The notes: generated by a model not told the origin, from the sequence alone. DNA of 64,000 nucleotides from Monocercomonoides exilis PA203 (GCA_001643675.2 LSRY02000001.1:868001-932000), one strand, 5' to 3'; shown: positions 12,390 to 26,051, counted from the stretch's first letter. Program-made: numbers and translations.

Positions 12390-15300
12390 AAAAATGTTGC
12401 ATGAAGTTTATCAAAAGAAATAGAAGAGTTGACAGCTGGGCCATCGAGGATTGAGCAATGTGCATCGGCTGCTCAACAAAGACTGCTATCGAGGAAGCAA
12501 CAGCAACATGTTTGCGTCAAATTAATCTTCTTTCTTTATTTCTTTTCTAACTCTTCCACGTCATATTTATTTTCTCCTTTTACATTTCTCTTTCTTTATA
12601 TATATATATCTTTTTTTTCTTTCTCTCTCTTTTCTTTATATGATTCCCATTTCTTTGTATTTGTGTCAATTCAGAACAAAGTGTATGCTAGTTTGTTTAT
12701 TCAAATCAGTTTCAATGCATAACACTTTTCTTTATAATTATTTGTTGATTTCTCTTCTCTAATATAATATTTTCTTTTATTATTTCATTTCTCTTCTCAA
12801 TCTACTCTTCTCTCTTCTTCTCTTCTCTTCCCTATCTTTTTCATCTCCTTTTCCTTTCACTTTTCCTTTTCCTCTTCCTCTCCTCTTTCTCCTTCTCCTT
12901 CTCCTTCTCCTCATCCGCAACTACACCCAGCGAATTCCCACTGCTCTTCGCTTTCTCCGCCTCTCTAACTCCACCTCTGCCCTGTTTCTGGTGTGAATTA
13001 CGTTCCTCCTCCGCCTCCTCTTCCTCAGCGTGAATTTTGTTCCTTCCGCGCCTTAACTGACAGACCATGGGCAGAGGAAAGAGGAGAGAGGGATAGGGAA
13101 AGGGAAGAAGTAGAAAGAAGAAGAGGAGGAGGAGGAGGAGAAGTGGAGGAGTTGAGTTTGGGAATGGAGATTTAGATAGAAATATATGTTTTGATGAAGA
13201 AAGAAGAGGAGAAGGATATGATGATGATGAGGAAGAGGAAAAAGAGGAAGATGAAGAAGAAAATGAAGATGATTTTATTTTGCTAAGTGAAATGGAAAAC
13301 AGAGAAAATTTCAGATTCATAAAAGAAGCAGAAGAAAAAGAAGATGGAGAAGAAGATGAAGAAGACAAATCTGCCTTAAAGCGGAAGAATAAGAATCTGA
13401 GACATTCTGTTGCTTTCAATATAACTGTTCATGAATCACCGTTTGTTTTAAATACTTTGCATTTGAAATTTTTGTTTCATTTTTCTTCTTTTTATTTGTC
13501 TCTCATCGATATCATCGTCATTTCTTTTCACTTTTTTTCATCTTTATTTATTTATTTATTGTTTTTATTATTATTATTGTAATAATTATTATTTTCATAT
13601 TCACCTTTCATTATTATTATTATTGACATCCAATATCTATTTCAGAACCTCCAAACATAACCAGAAGGAGAAGAGCTAGAAGCAGAAAGATGGTAGTGTG
13701 ACTGTGTCCAGCTAAAAGGGGCTGTTTGAAGTGGCAAAAAAGGCCAAAGTTTATTTCGCCTTTTCTTTCTCATCCTCAACAGAAGAAGGAAGAGAAGAAC
13801 GAGAAAGAGGAAAGGAAAGTGAAAGGGGAAGAGGAATAGGAAGAGAAGAATTATTAATCTTATTTCAAAGACCCAAACGAATCGTTGAAGAAGCTGAAGG
13901 AAAAGGATGCGAAAAGAAGAGTGTGTATGAGTGAAAATCCAGATGAGGGGGAGGAAGATGAAGATGATGATGATGATGAAGGAGAAGGAGAAGGAGAAGA
14001 AAGAGATGAAAGAGAGAAAAGGAAGGAAAGAGGAGAAATAAGCAGAAGTTATATAAAATTTACGAGAGAAAAGAAGATAAAGGAAAATAAAGAAATATAA
14101 GGAAATTCCAGCAGAAAAAAAAACATAAGATAAAATTTTAATTACTTTATCACACAAAGAGGAAACGAATGAAAATGCAGGAAAACAAATGAAAGTGGAT
14201 AGAATGGAAAGAGATTCATAAAGTTCGCCTCTTCTTTCTTCTTTTCTTTCTCCTTCTCTTTCTCCTTCTCTTTCTCCTTCTCTTTCTCATTTATTTTCTT
14301 CTTCTTCTCCTGCTCCTCCTCCTCCTCCTATTTTCTTCTTCTTCCTCTTCTTCTTCTTCTTCTTCAGAACAGAGTGCTGCTTCGCCTTCACTTTCAATTT
14401 TATCTTCTTCTTTATACTCTTCCACATCTTCATCTTCATCAACATTCACTTTTTATTCTTCTTCCCCTTCACTCACCTCAGACAACTCTCCTTCTTCCAC
14501 CTCACCTTCTGCCTCACCTTCAGCCTCTTCTCCTTCTCCTTCTTCTCCTATTCCATTGCAAACACCTCAATCACCTCAGTCATCTCAACCTATTCAATCT
14601 ATTCAATCATTTCATTCATAGCAATCATATCAATCATATCAATCGCCGCATAACCCTCACTCTTCCATTGCAAAAGCTGACTCCACAAGCAGTTTGCTGC
14701 TGAGAAGCAAAGAAACCGTTCAAAAACACTCCTCAAAGGAAACAAATAGAATGCTTCCTTTCTCTTGCAATCAGCTCCATTCATCCACATCATTCGCTTC
14801 TAATCAATCAATGTTCTTTTCTTCACCTTCAGCCGTGCCTGCAAAGTCATTCCATGGAAGAACGAAGAGCGTTGTGATTAATTTTGGTCCTTCTGTTTCT
14901 TCTTCTGCTGCTTCTTCTTCTTCACAATCTTCACATCCTTCTCAGCATTCCCAGACCCAATAAAGCACATACCAGCCTTCCTCTTTCAAGTCCTCCCTCC
15001 ACTTTGATGAACTGCAATCACATTCAACATCCTCTTTCCTTCGCTCTATCAACAATTATTCATCTTCATCCTCTTCTTCTTCATCCTCATCCTCATTTAA
15101 AAGTCGTTCACAATTCCGTGAAAGCCTTATGTTCTGCAGTCATCGCGTGCTCCAGCTGCCTCGTTTTGTTTGCGTCTGCTGTCAGACGAGGTGGAAGTGC
15201 TGAGAGGAGTGACATCGCTCCTCCGGTCGATGAAGGCTGCTCTTTCTTCGCTTTCTCTGCTTGGCGAAGACAGCAACAGTAACAGCAGCAGCAATGGAAG

Positions 15301-15960
15301 AAGCAGAAGTGATAGAAGTGATAGAAACAATAGAAGCAATAGAAGCAATAGAATCACAGATTATCCTCTTTTTGCAAATGAAGATGGAAACACAGCCAGA
15401 CTCGATTGTCTTCTGCCTTCTTCTGCTTCCTCAAAGCACTTGGCAATGCTTAAAAAGCGAGCACAGAAAGATTGCTTGTTTCATCGGGCAAAGCAGAAAA
15501 TCAGTCACATTTTCATTCTCATTCTCATTCACAATCACAATCACAAGCGCAAGCACAATCGCAGACACTGATGAAAACACAAACACAGACACAGAATCGC
15601 ACACAGTCAACGATATTCTCTCAGAAGAAGCGGGCAGAGTCGTTCACATCCTCAATGTTTCTGAGAGAAGTGTCCAGCTGCAGCATTCAGTTTCTGTGTA
15701 GAACTGTCCTTCGGTTTGACCCGTTTCTGCAGAATGTGATAGCATTGGTGGATGAGAAGCATGTGCCGTGTGCCACACAAATCACAAGCAATTCGCTTGT
15801 CCTCTAGAAAATCCAGTTGTCTTCTTCAGATGCAAACCTTTTGTCTTCATCAAGTTCATTTGCTTCTTCTTTAAACACAGATTCATATTGTTTTTTGAAG
15901 AGAATCTCAAAAACACAACACATAACAAAGCATTCAGTCAAACATTCAGAAACCGACATT
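12390..15960 (+). pseudogene. Fragmented, intron-containing low-complexity gene(s) of unknown product
   Basis: S/E/Q-rich short ORFs separated by stops, frameshifts and AT-rich GT..AG introns (e.g. gtttgttt at 13441 to ttcag near 13645). 9-bp tandem repeats at about 14565-14645 and 15310-15353. Confidence 0.3.
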
Positions 15961-16024
15961 GAAGACTCTCAGCTCAGCTATTCCAATCAAAAAGGTGGAG
16001 GCAGATCACATTCAGTTTCTTTGT

Positions 16025-16650
16025 TCAACAAAATGCAATAAACAGCAAATATTTCTTCTTCTTCTTCCTCAGAATCCTCGTCTCAGATCCACATCTCCCA
16101 CCCAAACCGTATCCGAGTTTTTTTTTCACCACTGCCCCAAGACCAACTTCCTGCACATAAATATTCTTCCCCCACCGCACCTCGTTCTTGCTGAACTCCA
16201 ATGGCTTCATCTCTACCTTCGTGCTCCCCGAGCTCTCCCCACATACATAAACTCTCATCACCCACAAAACTCAGAGCACAAGCACACTAAAGTTGTTCAT
16301 CTTGATGCTGCTTCACTGAATTGCTTCAGATACTTCTCAGCTCCAAGATCCGCTGACACAGTTCCGCCTTTCCTGCTTTCTGGAGCACTTATATTCAAAA
16401 GATTCATTTCCACAGACTTGCGTGTCATTTGCACCACCTCAATCACTGTCTCATAAAGCACACTCACTTCATTCTGCAGCACGACACAAGTATTCCTCCC
16501 CAGCAGCTCTAAGCCTGTGCCATGCACCAGTTGAAACTCTTCCGCGTCGCATGCATCTGCTTCCACGTCTGCATCCAGACTGTTAAGCACAACTTGACCA
16601 TCCTACACATCCAGCGCCCCGCCTCCCACCATAAACACATTCACTGCTCC
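16025..16650 (-). pseudogene. Fragment of beta-helix-type surface-protein family
   Basis: Minus-strand peptides VLYETVIEVVQMTRKSVEMNLLNISAPESRKGG and FSKNEVRWGKNIYVQEVGLGAVVKKKLGYG, interrupted by stops. Confidence 0.4.
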
Positions 16651-16924
16651 ATCTCCACACCGATCAGATTCTATTCTCCTCAAATCACATATTTCGCCTT
16701 TTCTTTTTGCTTCAACTCATTCAATATTCAGAAAATTAACTTCGATTTTCTGTCAAAACATAAAAACATTAAAACTCTGCACTATATTTCAGCTTTTTGC
16801 AAAGGTCAAGAGATATGGGAAAGAAAATTAATAAGTGACAAACAAAATGATAGATTCAACAAAATCAAAACTGTAAAAATTTATCACCATGAGAAATTAA
16901 AGACGAAGAAGAGCATTAAGTATT

Positions 16925-19400
16925 ATGTCTGAAATATTGTGGCTAGGATCTCCAATTATTCTTCGGGCTTATGAAAATATTCATTTACAGAATGATTCAC
17001 AGCAAAAAGACGTTGTTATGCTGAAAGCTATATTAGTAAATATTGAATGTGTTTTTCTGTTATAACTTAAATCTTGATAAAAATTGAAACCATATTCTTC
17101 GATGACTTCATCTTTCTCTTTTTTAAGTTATAATTCTTTAAAAAATTTCATGCATTGAGACTTTATTCTGTTGTGCCTTTCGTCCATCATATGATCCAAC
17201 AAAACTCTAAAGCCAGCCACAATCCTACCAAACCAATTGGAAAATGTGTTATCCCAAATATTTTACAAAGTTTGATTTTCTAAATCAACATTACATTCTT
17301 CGATTCTTCTGAAACGAGAAAAATTGCAAATGAAATCCACATCACTATCGCTTTCGTTTTCACTTTCGTTGTTTTCGTCATTATTCGTTGATTCTTTTTC
17401 ATTTCTTTAAATATCTTCTTCAGTTTGTGATTTTTTAGTTATGTCTGTTGACATACTTTCTGATACTTCATCATGCTGAGTTGTTTTTCTAGTCAGGTTG
17501 AAATTGATATGATCCATTTGATTGGTATTGTGTTGATATTCATCATCCTTTTCTTCTTCTTCTGCTTGAATCAATCCAAACAAATCTTGTTCATCAAAAT
17601 CCTCGATTTCGTATTGTTCTTCAAATTCTTCTGTTTTCTCTTGAGAATTCGAATCAAGAGTTGATATGAAATCATACAAACTTTACAGTTTTGAGTTTGA
17701 GAACTCAACATTCATAGCTTTTGTGCAATTTGTGGTTAGAGAAGTTGAAAAAGAAGATCCACCAGCACGTTTTCCATAATCTTCATCTTCTTTTTCAAAA
17801 TTTTCAAAAGCTATTTTCAACTTTTCAGTTGATAGAAATGAAAGGTTTGACAAATGTGTATCAAAAAAAGTTATGTTATAATGATTTCGTATTGGCTGAA
17901 ACGAAAAAGGATTCTGGAAAATAGGAAATGTGGTTAAAGAGGAAACATTTGAGGTGGAGGAAGATAAAGAGGGAGATAAAGACGAAGAGGAGTATGAAAA
18001 GGAGGATGAAGAGGAGGATGAAAAAGAAGATGAAGAATTTGATGAAGAAGAAGTACTTGATGAATTTTGATTAGACACATTAATCCAGATGAATTTTCCA
18101 CGCAATAATGGAATAGAGATTCGCTTGGTTTTTATGGCATCATTAAAAATTGTTTCTGAAACTTAATTAAATAATATTTTCGAGAAAAAAGATTTATATG
18201 AATAGTTTTATAATAATAATATATATTTTTTGTTTATATACAAACGTTCTCTCGGGCTATAAGTGAATTAGTTGGTTCGATGTTTATTTGATCCTGTTGG
18301 AGTTATTGCGTATGATGTTGCTATGAGTTGTCCAGAAAAATCACAAAGTGTGTAATTATATAACAGAATAACAATATCTGTCAATGCGTTATGCCATTCT
18401 CCATCAACGAAATACACATTTGTTGAAAAAGAATAAAACAAATTCATTGCTTGATTAACAACAGGAAAGGCATCTCCAAGTTTTGTCGATTCTTTTTCAA
18501 AAATCAGATGCATCAAATAAAGTGGATACAACAACAATTCAGCAGGTGCAATTTCAAATATTTCGTTGTCTGAAAGCATTTTGGTTTTGCTTATTATTGA
18601 TTGATTCTGCCTTTTAAAGATTCAAATATTATACAAACACAGCCATCTTGTAGCTATAAATGTTGTGCATCTTTTTTTCAAACTGTTTCTGAAATTTGAT
18701 AAATGTGCTTGCTGACTGAATTTAATAATCAATTCATTCATTTGCTTTAGTTTTGCATTTTCTGAAAAAGCGTGACTGACAACAAAATTGATTAAATGAT
18801 TGAGGCATCTAACAAAAATTGGCCTTGGATAATTATATGCACGTGATGAACCATACAATTCCGTCGAATCATTTGTCGATATTCTATTCAATGCCAAAAC
18901 TTGCGGTTTTAATCCATCCGAGCACCAAGCTCTAACGGAACATCCATAAGTGCTTAATTCTGTCATTATTTCTGTTCCAAAATTGAAATAATCGGATTCT
19001 GATCGTCAGCCTTTGTGCAACTTCCAAAAGATTGGTTTTGACGATTGATCCATTGTTGTAATGCCAATTGCAGTGTTGCTAACTCCCCAAACAACTCCTC
19101 TGTCAATGACCACTCCAAGGGGATTGTTTGAAATTGTTCACATCACTTTTTCTATTTTCTTTGTATTTGTTTTATGAAGCAGTCTACTCACATTTCTCTC
19201 TGTAAAGCGAGGGAAAATATCTTCTCTGCTCATGTGCGAATTCGCTTGTGATGACTTTATCAATGCCGTGAAAAAATCATTGAATTCATTTGTTGCAACT
19301 GATAGAAAAGAAATATTACTATGTGCAACGATATTGATAAAAGATTCTGCGAGCTCACATTTCAATGTTGTTTGAGAAGTTCCCTAGCTTTGTTTCCTTT
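16925..19400 (-). pseudogene. hAT-superfamily transposase pseudogene
   Basis: Motifs occur in the expected order: FINIVAHSNISFLSVATNEF (Hermes-like DNA-binding region), GVVID (D1), AWCSDG (D2), VRCLNH (CxxH), ATRW, LLYPLYLMHLIFEKESTKLGDAFPVV, and C-terminal SFCCESFCK*IFS*ARRIIGD (dimerisation domain ER.FS) near 16940-17030. Several stops. Confidence 0.85.
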
Positions 19401-19478
19401 CAAAAGAATTTGTTGATAAATTGGGTTTCAGAGAAAAAAACAGAGAGAAATGATTATTCGTAATCAAATCACATATAT

Positions 19479-19700
19479 GGGTGTTTTTTTTGATATCATA
19501 AAAAAAGATCAAAAAAATAAAAAAATAAAATCCATTGCGGTTTTTATTGATTAAAGAGTTTTTTTTCAGATTTATCACAAGTATTTAGCTTAAATTCCTG
19601 TTGCATATATTTGTTTTATTGTTATATACAAAATAACAAACCTTTTTTGCAAATATTGAGAAAAAGATTTTTTGATTAAGTTTCAAAAAATAATTGAAAA
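19479..19700. mobile_element. MITE-like module B
   Basis: ATAT|GGGTGTTTTTTTTGATATCATAAAAAAAGATCAAAAA... About 220 bp aligns by eye in inverted orientation with 59600-59807. Confidence 0.7.
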
Positions 19701-21169
19701 TCAATCTTTAAAAGGAAAATAGATATTTCAAGATATACTAAACAGTACTAATAAATAAAAATTAACACAGATAGATATTAAAATATGTAATTAGTTTATT
19801 TTAAAGATGATGCAATGGTTTTAATATTTATTGATCTAAAACATCATCGCCAAATTCCTGTTATAGCTGCGCAGTTCAACGACTTTAAAAAACGATGAAC
19901 GAAATGGAGGGGAAACAGCAATTGACGAACGAAATATGATCTTATTCGTCTTTTCTCAACAAATTCTTTATTTGAATTGATTTACCAACTTTCCTCCCCA
20001 TCCGCCGTCTATTTTTCTTCTGTTCTGCTCTGCTTCATCAAAATTCACCATCTGATAATGTTGCACATGTTGTCTTCTTTTATCTCCAACACTTTTCTCT
20101 CCATTCATCTCATGACATTCTTTAATAGCTTCATTCACGAAAAAATAACTTATAAAGCTTTTTCTGTGAATCCATTTTGTTCAATTTTTTTCTTTTTTCT
20201 TATTACAGCCAGCTCCCTCTTCTTCAACCACGTCTTCATCACCAGTTTCATCTTTAGCAACCTCCGTATATTCCACCTCATCTCCCTCACAAACACCTTC
20301 TACCTCAACTCCTTCAACAACTCCAGCTGTTCCATGAGCATCATCATCTTGACACACAGTTGTTAGCAAAGTTCCGTAGGCCACATGTTTTCCTTGACTT
20401 AAAGATCAGCCAGTTCCGTGTGGTTGAAGAGGTGAACGAAGTTAGATAAAAAGGAAGAAGAAGAAGATTCAATTTCATTGCAAATGTCTGAAAATCTCCT
20501 TCAAAATCTTATGTGCCACATCTTTTTCGCTTTCTTCTTTCTTCTTCATTTCTTCCTCGAAACTTTCATCTTTTCCTCTTTCTCCTTCTTTTCCTTCTCC
20601 TTCTCCTTCTCCATCTTTGTCTTTCTTCTTCTTCTTTCTCAATTCTTCTATCTCCTTTTTTTCTTTCTCCTTCATCCTCCTCACCTCCTCCTCCACTTCT
20701 TCTTCCCATTCCAACTCCTCAGCTGAATTTACACTGTTCCATATGTTTCCATCGCTTGAGAACGGAGATATTTCCCACCTGGTAGATCTTTCGGTTACAA
20801 ATGTGGATGTTGTGTTTGAGTCACCGGTAAAGTTGTTGTCTGATATGAAAGCCTACCTCACAAAGCTTCTTGTGGCGGGAGCAGTGCAGCAATCTTCTCT
20901 TCATTCAGCACATTCAATTTTCTTTGTCTGCCTAACTTTGTTTGTGGGGTGAAGAAGCGAAGAGAAGAAGGCGGCAGGAGATGATCAGTCATCTTCATCC
21001 TCTGTGCCTGCAGTTGACCCTTTGATTGCCTCGGATGTGGTTGGGTCATTCACATAAGTGGCAGCAATGGAAGAGATCGAGAGGCGTCTGCGGATTGTGG
21101 AGCCAGAGGCGGCTGGGGTGTATGAAAATCGCAAGAAGTCGTAACTGAGGGATATGATGTAGCGTGACA

Positions 21170-21600
21170 TAGCTGGTTGCATTGTGTGGATGTGTTGTGT
21201 GTGCATACGATGTGGCGCTTTCGGAGATGCTTTCGGTTTCACTGGCGGGGCAGCTTCCGTCGCTTGCAGCGTCGGTGAGCACGAAGTCTGGGAGCAAGCG
21301 GATCTCTGAGCAAATATTTGTGAATGCGTTCCCGTTGATCTACGATCTGTTTGACCCGTCGCTGCTGCCATCGGAGATCACCGCAGTCGAGGCATGTGGT
21401 GGTGAAGCTGTGCGACAAAGTGATGGGGTGAGGGGTTGAAGTGTGTGAAGTCGGGGAGATTGTGGAGAAGTGGCTGTCGGCGGCGGGGCTGAGGATGGAG
21501 GATGTAGTTCTGTCGCCAACAGCGATTGCGCTGGCGATACTTGAGGAGCAAGAAGAGGCAGAAGATGAGAAGGAAATAAAAGATGATGAGGAAGAAGTGG
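21170..21600. repeat. Dispersed GC-richer gene-family fragment, inverted homolog of 63540-64000
   Basis: Shared colinear blocks such as gatgctttc, cttccgtc, gaagtc.gg.agcaag, gtgaatg.gttccc, cccgtcgctgct, gatcac.gc.gtcgagg and gcgattg.gctgg. Confidence 0.7.
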
Positions 21601-22189
21601 AAGACAAAAAGAAGAAAACGAAGATGATGTATAGGCAAATGTGAATGTTGAAAGAAAATCGCGTTTGGATGATATATTGTTGATCCTTTCGTCGATTTCT
21701 GATTTCGGACAGAAAATCAAAAAAAAGAGTGGTCAGAATCGTGATATATTTATTTTTTGTTTCTGCTTCCTTCATCTTCTCTTTTGCTCCTCTTTCTTTC
21801 TGAGCCTTTCTAATGTCTTTGTCAAATCCATCTTCTTCTTTCTCTTCCTCCTCCTCCTCTTCTTCTTCTTTCTCATTATCGATGCATTTATCTTTCAGAC
21901 ACGACGATCCCTTTTCATCTTTATCACTAACAAACTCTTTTGCACTCCTCTTCTCATCTTTCTCCTCCTCCTTCTCTTCCTTCCTCTCCTTCTCACCACC
22001 CATCAAAATCCACTAACTAGCCACATACGCTGTTCAGTTCAGTGTCATCCTCTTCCGCTCAAACACATCCCTCACTGTTCACTCGCTCCTGATTGCAACA
22101 CACCTGCATTGCGCAATCTGCTCTTCTCAAGAATAATACAAGGGATAAGCAGTTAGAAAGAAGAAATAGAAGAATAAAGAGGGGAAGAA

Positions 22190-24960
22190 AACATGTTCAT
22201 AAAGAGGCAGAGCTTGGGCTTGATCTGTCAAGGGACTTTTGAGTGTGTGAAGAGGAATCTGTGGCAAGAGACGATGGAGTTAGTGGCTTTGGAGGAGCTC
22301 CAACAAGAATGGAAGGTGCAGGCAATTGTGTGTGTGGCAAGGGAGAAAAAACCGGACAATTTAGTAGGAGGCTGTGGTGCTTTGAGTGTGCAGCGGGCAG
22401 ATGAGAGTGTGAAGTTGAATAACCAAAATGTCTGATGCTGTTCACTTCTCAATCCCTCCTCTTCCTTTCTGATGCTGCCTGTGCAAGCCTTGTGTCGAAT
22501 GCATCAATTTGTGATGTGGAATACTCTCTATCTCATTTGTCTTCCACTTTTCTTAGGTTCTTCCCGTGATTCCCTTTCCTCTGCTCTTCGCTCAACTTGC
22601 TTTTGAATATCTCTTTTTTAGCCTATTCCATATGAACTGCAATTTTCGCTCTTCGCTCCTTGGAGGTATTATAAAGTGAATGGATTATTGCGATGTGCTG
22701 TCAGCTTTTGTGAATTTCTCATCCACTCATTTCAGTTCTTCTGAACAGCCTGCTCACGAATGTCGTTCGAAACGATAAAGTAGAGTGGGAAGTGTCGTTG
22801 CAGAAGAGAAGAGAGGTTCAAATTCACATCCAGCAAAACTGTCAAATGCATTGACAGTGATGATGATGTTGTTGAATGCAGCCTAACCAAATGAAATAGT
22901 TTTTTGCGTGAATTTTTTAGCCATTGATTGAAAATCTTACACACATTCGAATGTTGCTGATCTGATCCAATATGAAGTGAGAGGAAACATCAAAGAAGAA
23001 GAAGAAGGTGAAGAATGTGAAGAGGAAGAGAACAAAGAGGAAGAGAATGTAGTCTTCTCAAGAGACAGTTCAGGAAATGCATCAGAATGCAACGATGGCT
23101 GAGCTTCTCTTTTCAAATTGTGTTGAGTTCTTGCATGACTTCTCTCTCTGCCTGCACAGCTGCCTGTATGCATTCCATTCCTCTCGCAAAAACTGCCTTT
23201 TCTGGCGTATGCACAGCTATATGTATTTTTGAAGACATGTTTTATACTGTCACGCTCTATTCTGATCTCTCTCTCATTTGCAGCAACATTTGGCCAGATG
23301 AAAACAGGTTGCAAATGCTGCTGCTTGCACCATTCACTTTTACTTCCAATGCTCAATGATGTTGAGGCTGCTGCATCATCAGAAAAATGAGAATAATCAC
23401 AAGTCAACGAAGAAGAAGAAGAAACAACCTGTTAATTGTGAGATGCACCATAAAAATGTGTCGCATCAGAGGAAGAGGAAGATAACATTAATAATTCTTC
23501 TTCGCTTTCACTTTCTCTCTCCTACCTCTTTCTCTCCCCCTTTTTCATCTTATCTCCATCTTTATTTCCAACGCTTCTGTCTCTTCGATCTGTGAAACCC
23601 ACTCCTCACACAGCTACCTGCTTTCCACATGACACTTCGGTGAAGCCACTGCTGCCACTTCGTTCAAAAATGTCACCCAAACAGACAATGCAATACGATC
23701 ACATTTGCACTCCACTCCTTCAGCAGCTGCAATCGCACGCTCCACCTGCCTTGCTGTCTTCTGCTTCGTTACAACAATCTCTGGTGGGAAACTTTCCTCC
23801 TCATCTTCTTCTTCTTCAATTCCCCAAAATCCCCTTCTTATCTCTCTTTCTTTCAGAGCAAAGAATGACAGATTTCAAGGAGTGTCATTTCACCTGTTTT
23901 TTTTTCATACGAAAGCCTGAAAGCATTGATACGAAAGGCAGAGAAGAGAGTTGATACTCAATGCAGCGCTGAGCGAATCAACAGTTGAGGAGCCACCAAG
24001 AGGTGCCTGGAAGGATGATTCCGCCTCCTTATTTGAACGAGGCAATATTGAGTGCACTGGAGTTGGAGCAGATGAGGTTGCAGCTGGCGGTGAGGGAAAA
24101 TACACAAATGGAAAAGATATTGCTGGTGAGCTGGAAGCTGTTGGCATGCACACTCCAACAGAGCTTGTTGAGCGAGATGGCAGTGAAGATGAAATGCATC
24201 ATGCTGAAGAAGCTTATTGACTAATATAAAACAGAAAGTTGAAAATTACACTCTGAAACCTCCAATGACGAGATCCGTGGCGATGAGATGCTCAACAAAG
24301 TTGCTGATGTCATCTCCGAGCAGGAACACAGGCGAGGAGGCACTGAGGGAGGAGAGGTTGGCGTGGATGCTGAAAAGTGATGAAGGGGAGGAGGTTGACA
24401 TCGAGGTCGGGGTCTGTGGGAAGAGTGGGAGGCGATAGAGGGTGTGAAGAAGGGAAGGGGAAGCGGAGGTTGAGAATGAAGAGGGTGAGGTGAGGGCCGG
24501 CTGTGGCTTGCACGAATCCGCTGAGCTCGTTGAAGGTGCTGAGGTTTGCGCTGTGCATTTTCCAGTTGAAATGGGCTGCGTCTGCCACTACCAACACCAC
24601 CTACTCGGGGACAAACTGCCAGGCGGTATCTGCATCCCACAAGAACACCCAGCTGCTAAATCCATGGGCCTGTGCCTGGTCTCGCAGCCTCCTCTAGCCT
24701 AGCTGTGATCTTTACACATCCCCCGCCTCCGCTCCCCTTCTCCCCACCCACAACCATCCACCCGCTGCACTCCACCACGCTGCTGCTCCCAGTGCACTTG
24801 ATCTGTGAAAACATTGTGCTCGCAACTTCGCCCAGTGTTTCGAACTCGTACAGCACCTACCTCCAAGAGCTAATTGTTATCAGCCCGAAAAACATCCTCT
24901 CCGCCTTCGGAAGTCACCGTTGCATCCTCAATCAAAATTGAAACTGAACCAACCAGGGCT
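22190..24960. pseudogene. Mosaic of degenerate coding fragments
   Basis: GC-richer sequence with many short overlapping ORFs, a minus-strand intron-like segment near 24222-24250, and no intact frame. Confidence 0.3.
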
Positions 24961-25049
24961 GTTGAAGAATTCTAAGAAACTTTGTCACATATCTGTCTTG
25001 CTTTTAAAGTGATTTTGGAAGAGTAAGAAATAGCGCAGAATAACATAGG

Positions 25050-26051
25050 GTCAACTTTTTAATGGGACTTTTTTCTTTATTGGCACTTTTTTTGTTTTTG
25101 CATGCCAATCATTCAAAAAAGCTTGATGGACCTCAACATTTGGATGAGTGTGTTTATAACACAAATACATTAAATTACCGGTTTGTTTTTTAAATTTTGT
25201 TTATTTTTCGTAGAGATACAGCAATTTTTAATTTATTTTGAAGTGACTTTTTTCAGCCGAAGAAGCGTTTCACAAATTTTTGAAATATATTTTTAAAAAC
25301 TACTAGCATTATCCTTTTTATATTCAAAATCTTGAGTTTAACAACTTGTTTTTTCATCATTTTTTCACATTTCAATTTTTTATCAACATGCTAACACAAA
25401 TATGAAAATTTCTTTGTTATTAAAATGATGTGTTAAAAACAAAAATATGATATGAAAAATGCACACTCTAATAAAGAAGTGTGAAAAAGATTGAACATTA
25501 AATTTTACTATTTGCTTCAAACACATCAAAATTGAATAAGTTTGATCTCAGATCTTTTAATGTTGTGACCATTCACCTGTTTGAAGCAAATAGAAAATTT
25601 TAATGTTCTATCTTTTTCACACTTCTTTAGTAGAGTGTGTAATTTTCATATCATATTTTTATTTTTAACACTTCATTTTAATAACAAAGAAATTTTCAAA
25701 TTTGTGTTAGCATGTTGATAAAAAATTGAAATGTGAAAAAATGATGAAAAAACAAGTTGTTAAACTCAAGATTTTGAATATAAAAAGGATAATGCTAGTA
25801 GTTTTTAAAAATATATTTCAAAAATTTGTGAAACGCTTCTTCGGCTGAAAAAAGTCACTTCAAAATAAATTAAAAATTGCTGTATCTCTACGAAAAATAA
25901 ACAAAATTTAAAAAACAAACCGGTAATTTAATGTATTTGTGTTATAAACACACTCATCCAAATGTTGAGGTCCATCAAGCTTTTTTGAATGATTGGCATG
26001 CAAAAACAAAAAAAGTGCCAATAAAGAAAAAAGTCCCATTAAAAAGTTGAC
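25050..26051. repeat. 1-kb foldback palindrome: 474-bp arms, 54-bp spacer
   Basis: 25050-25523 is the reverse complement of 25578-26051. The outer 352 bp are identical; I count 9 mismatches in the inner 122 bp. Confidence 0.97.

Noticed and set aside
24440-24700. Minus-strand peptide WQFVPE*VVLVVADAAHF...AGPHLTLFILNL vaguely resembling the EME1/ERCC4 region
   Set aside because: The resemblance is only impressionistic and the frame is broken. It cannot be supported without an HMM search.
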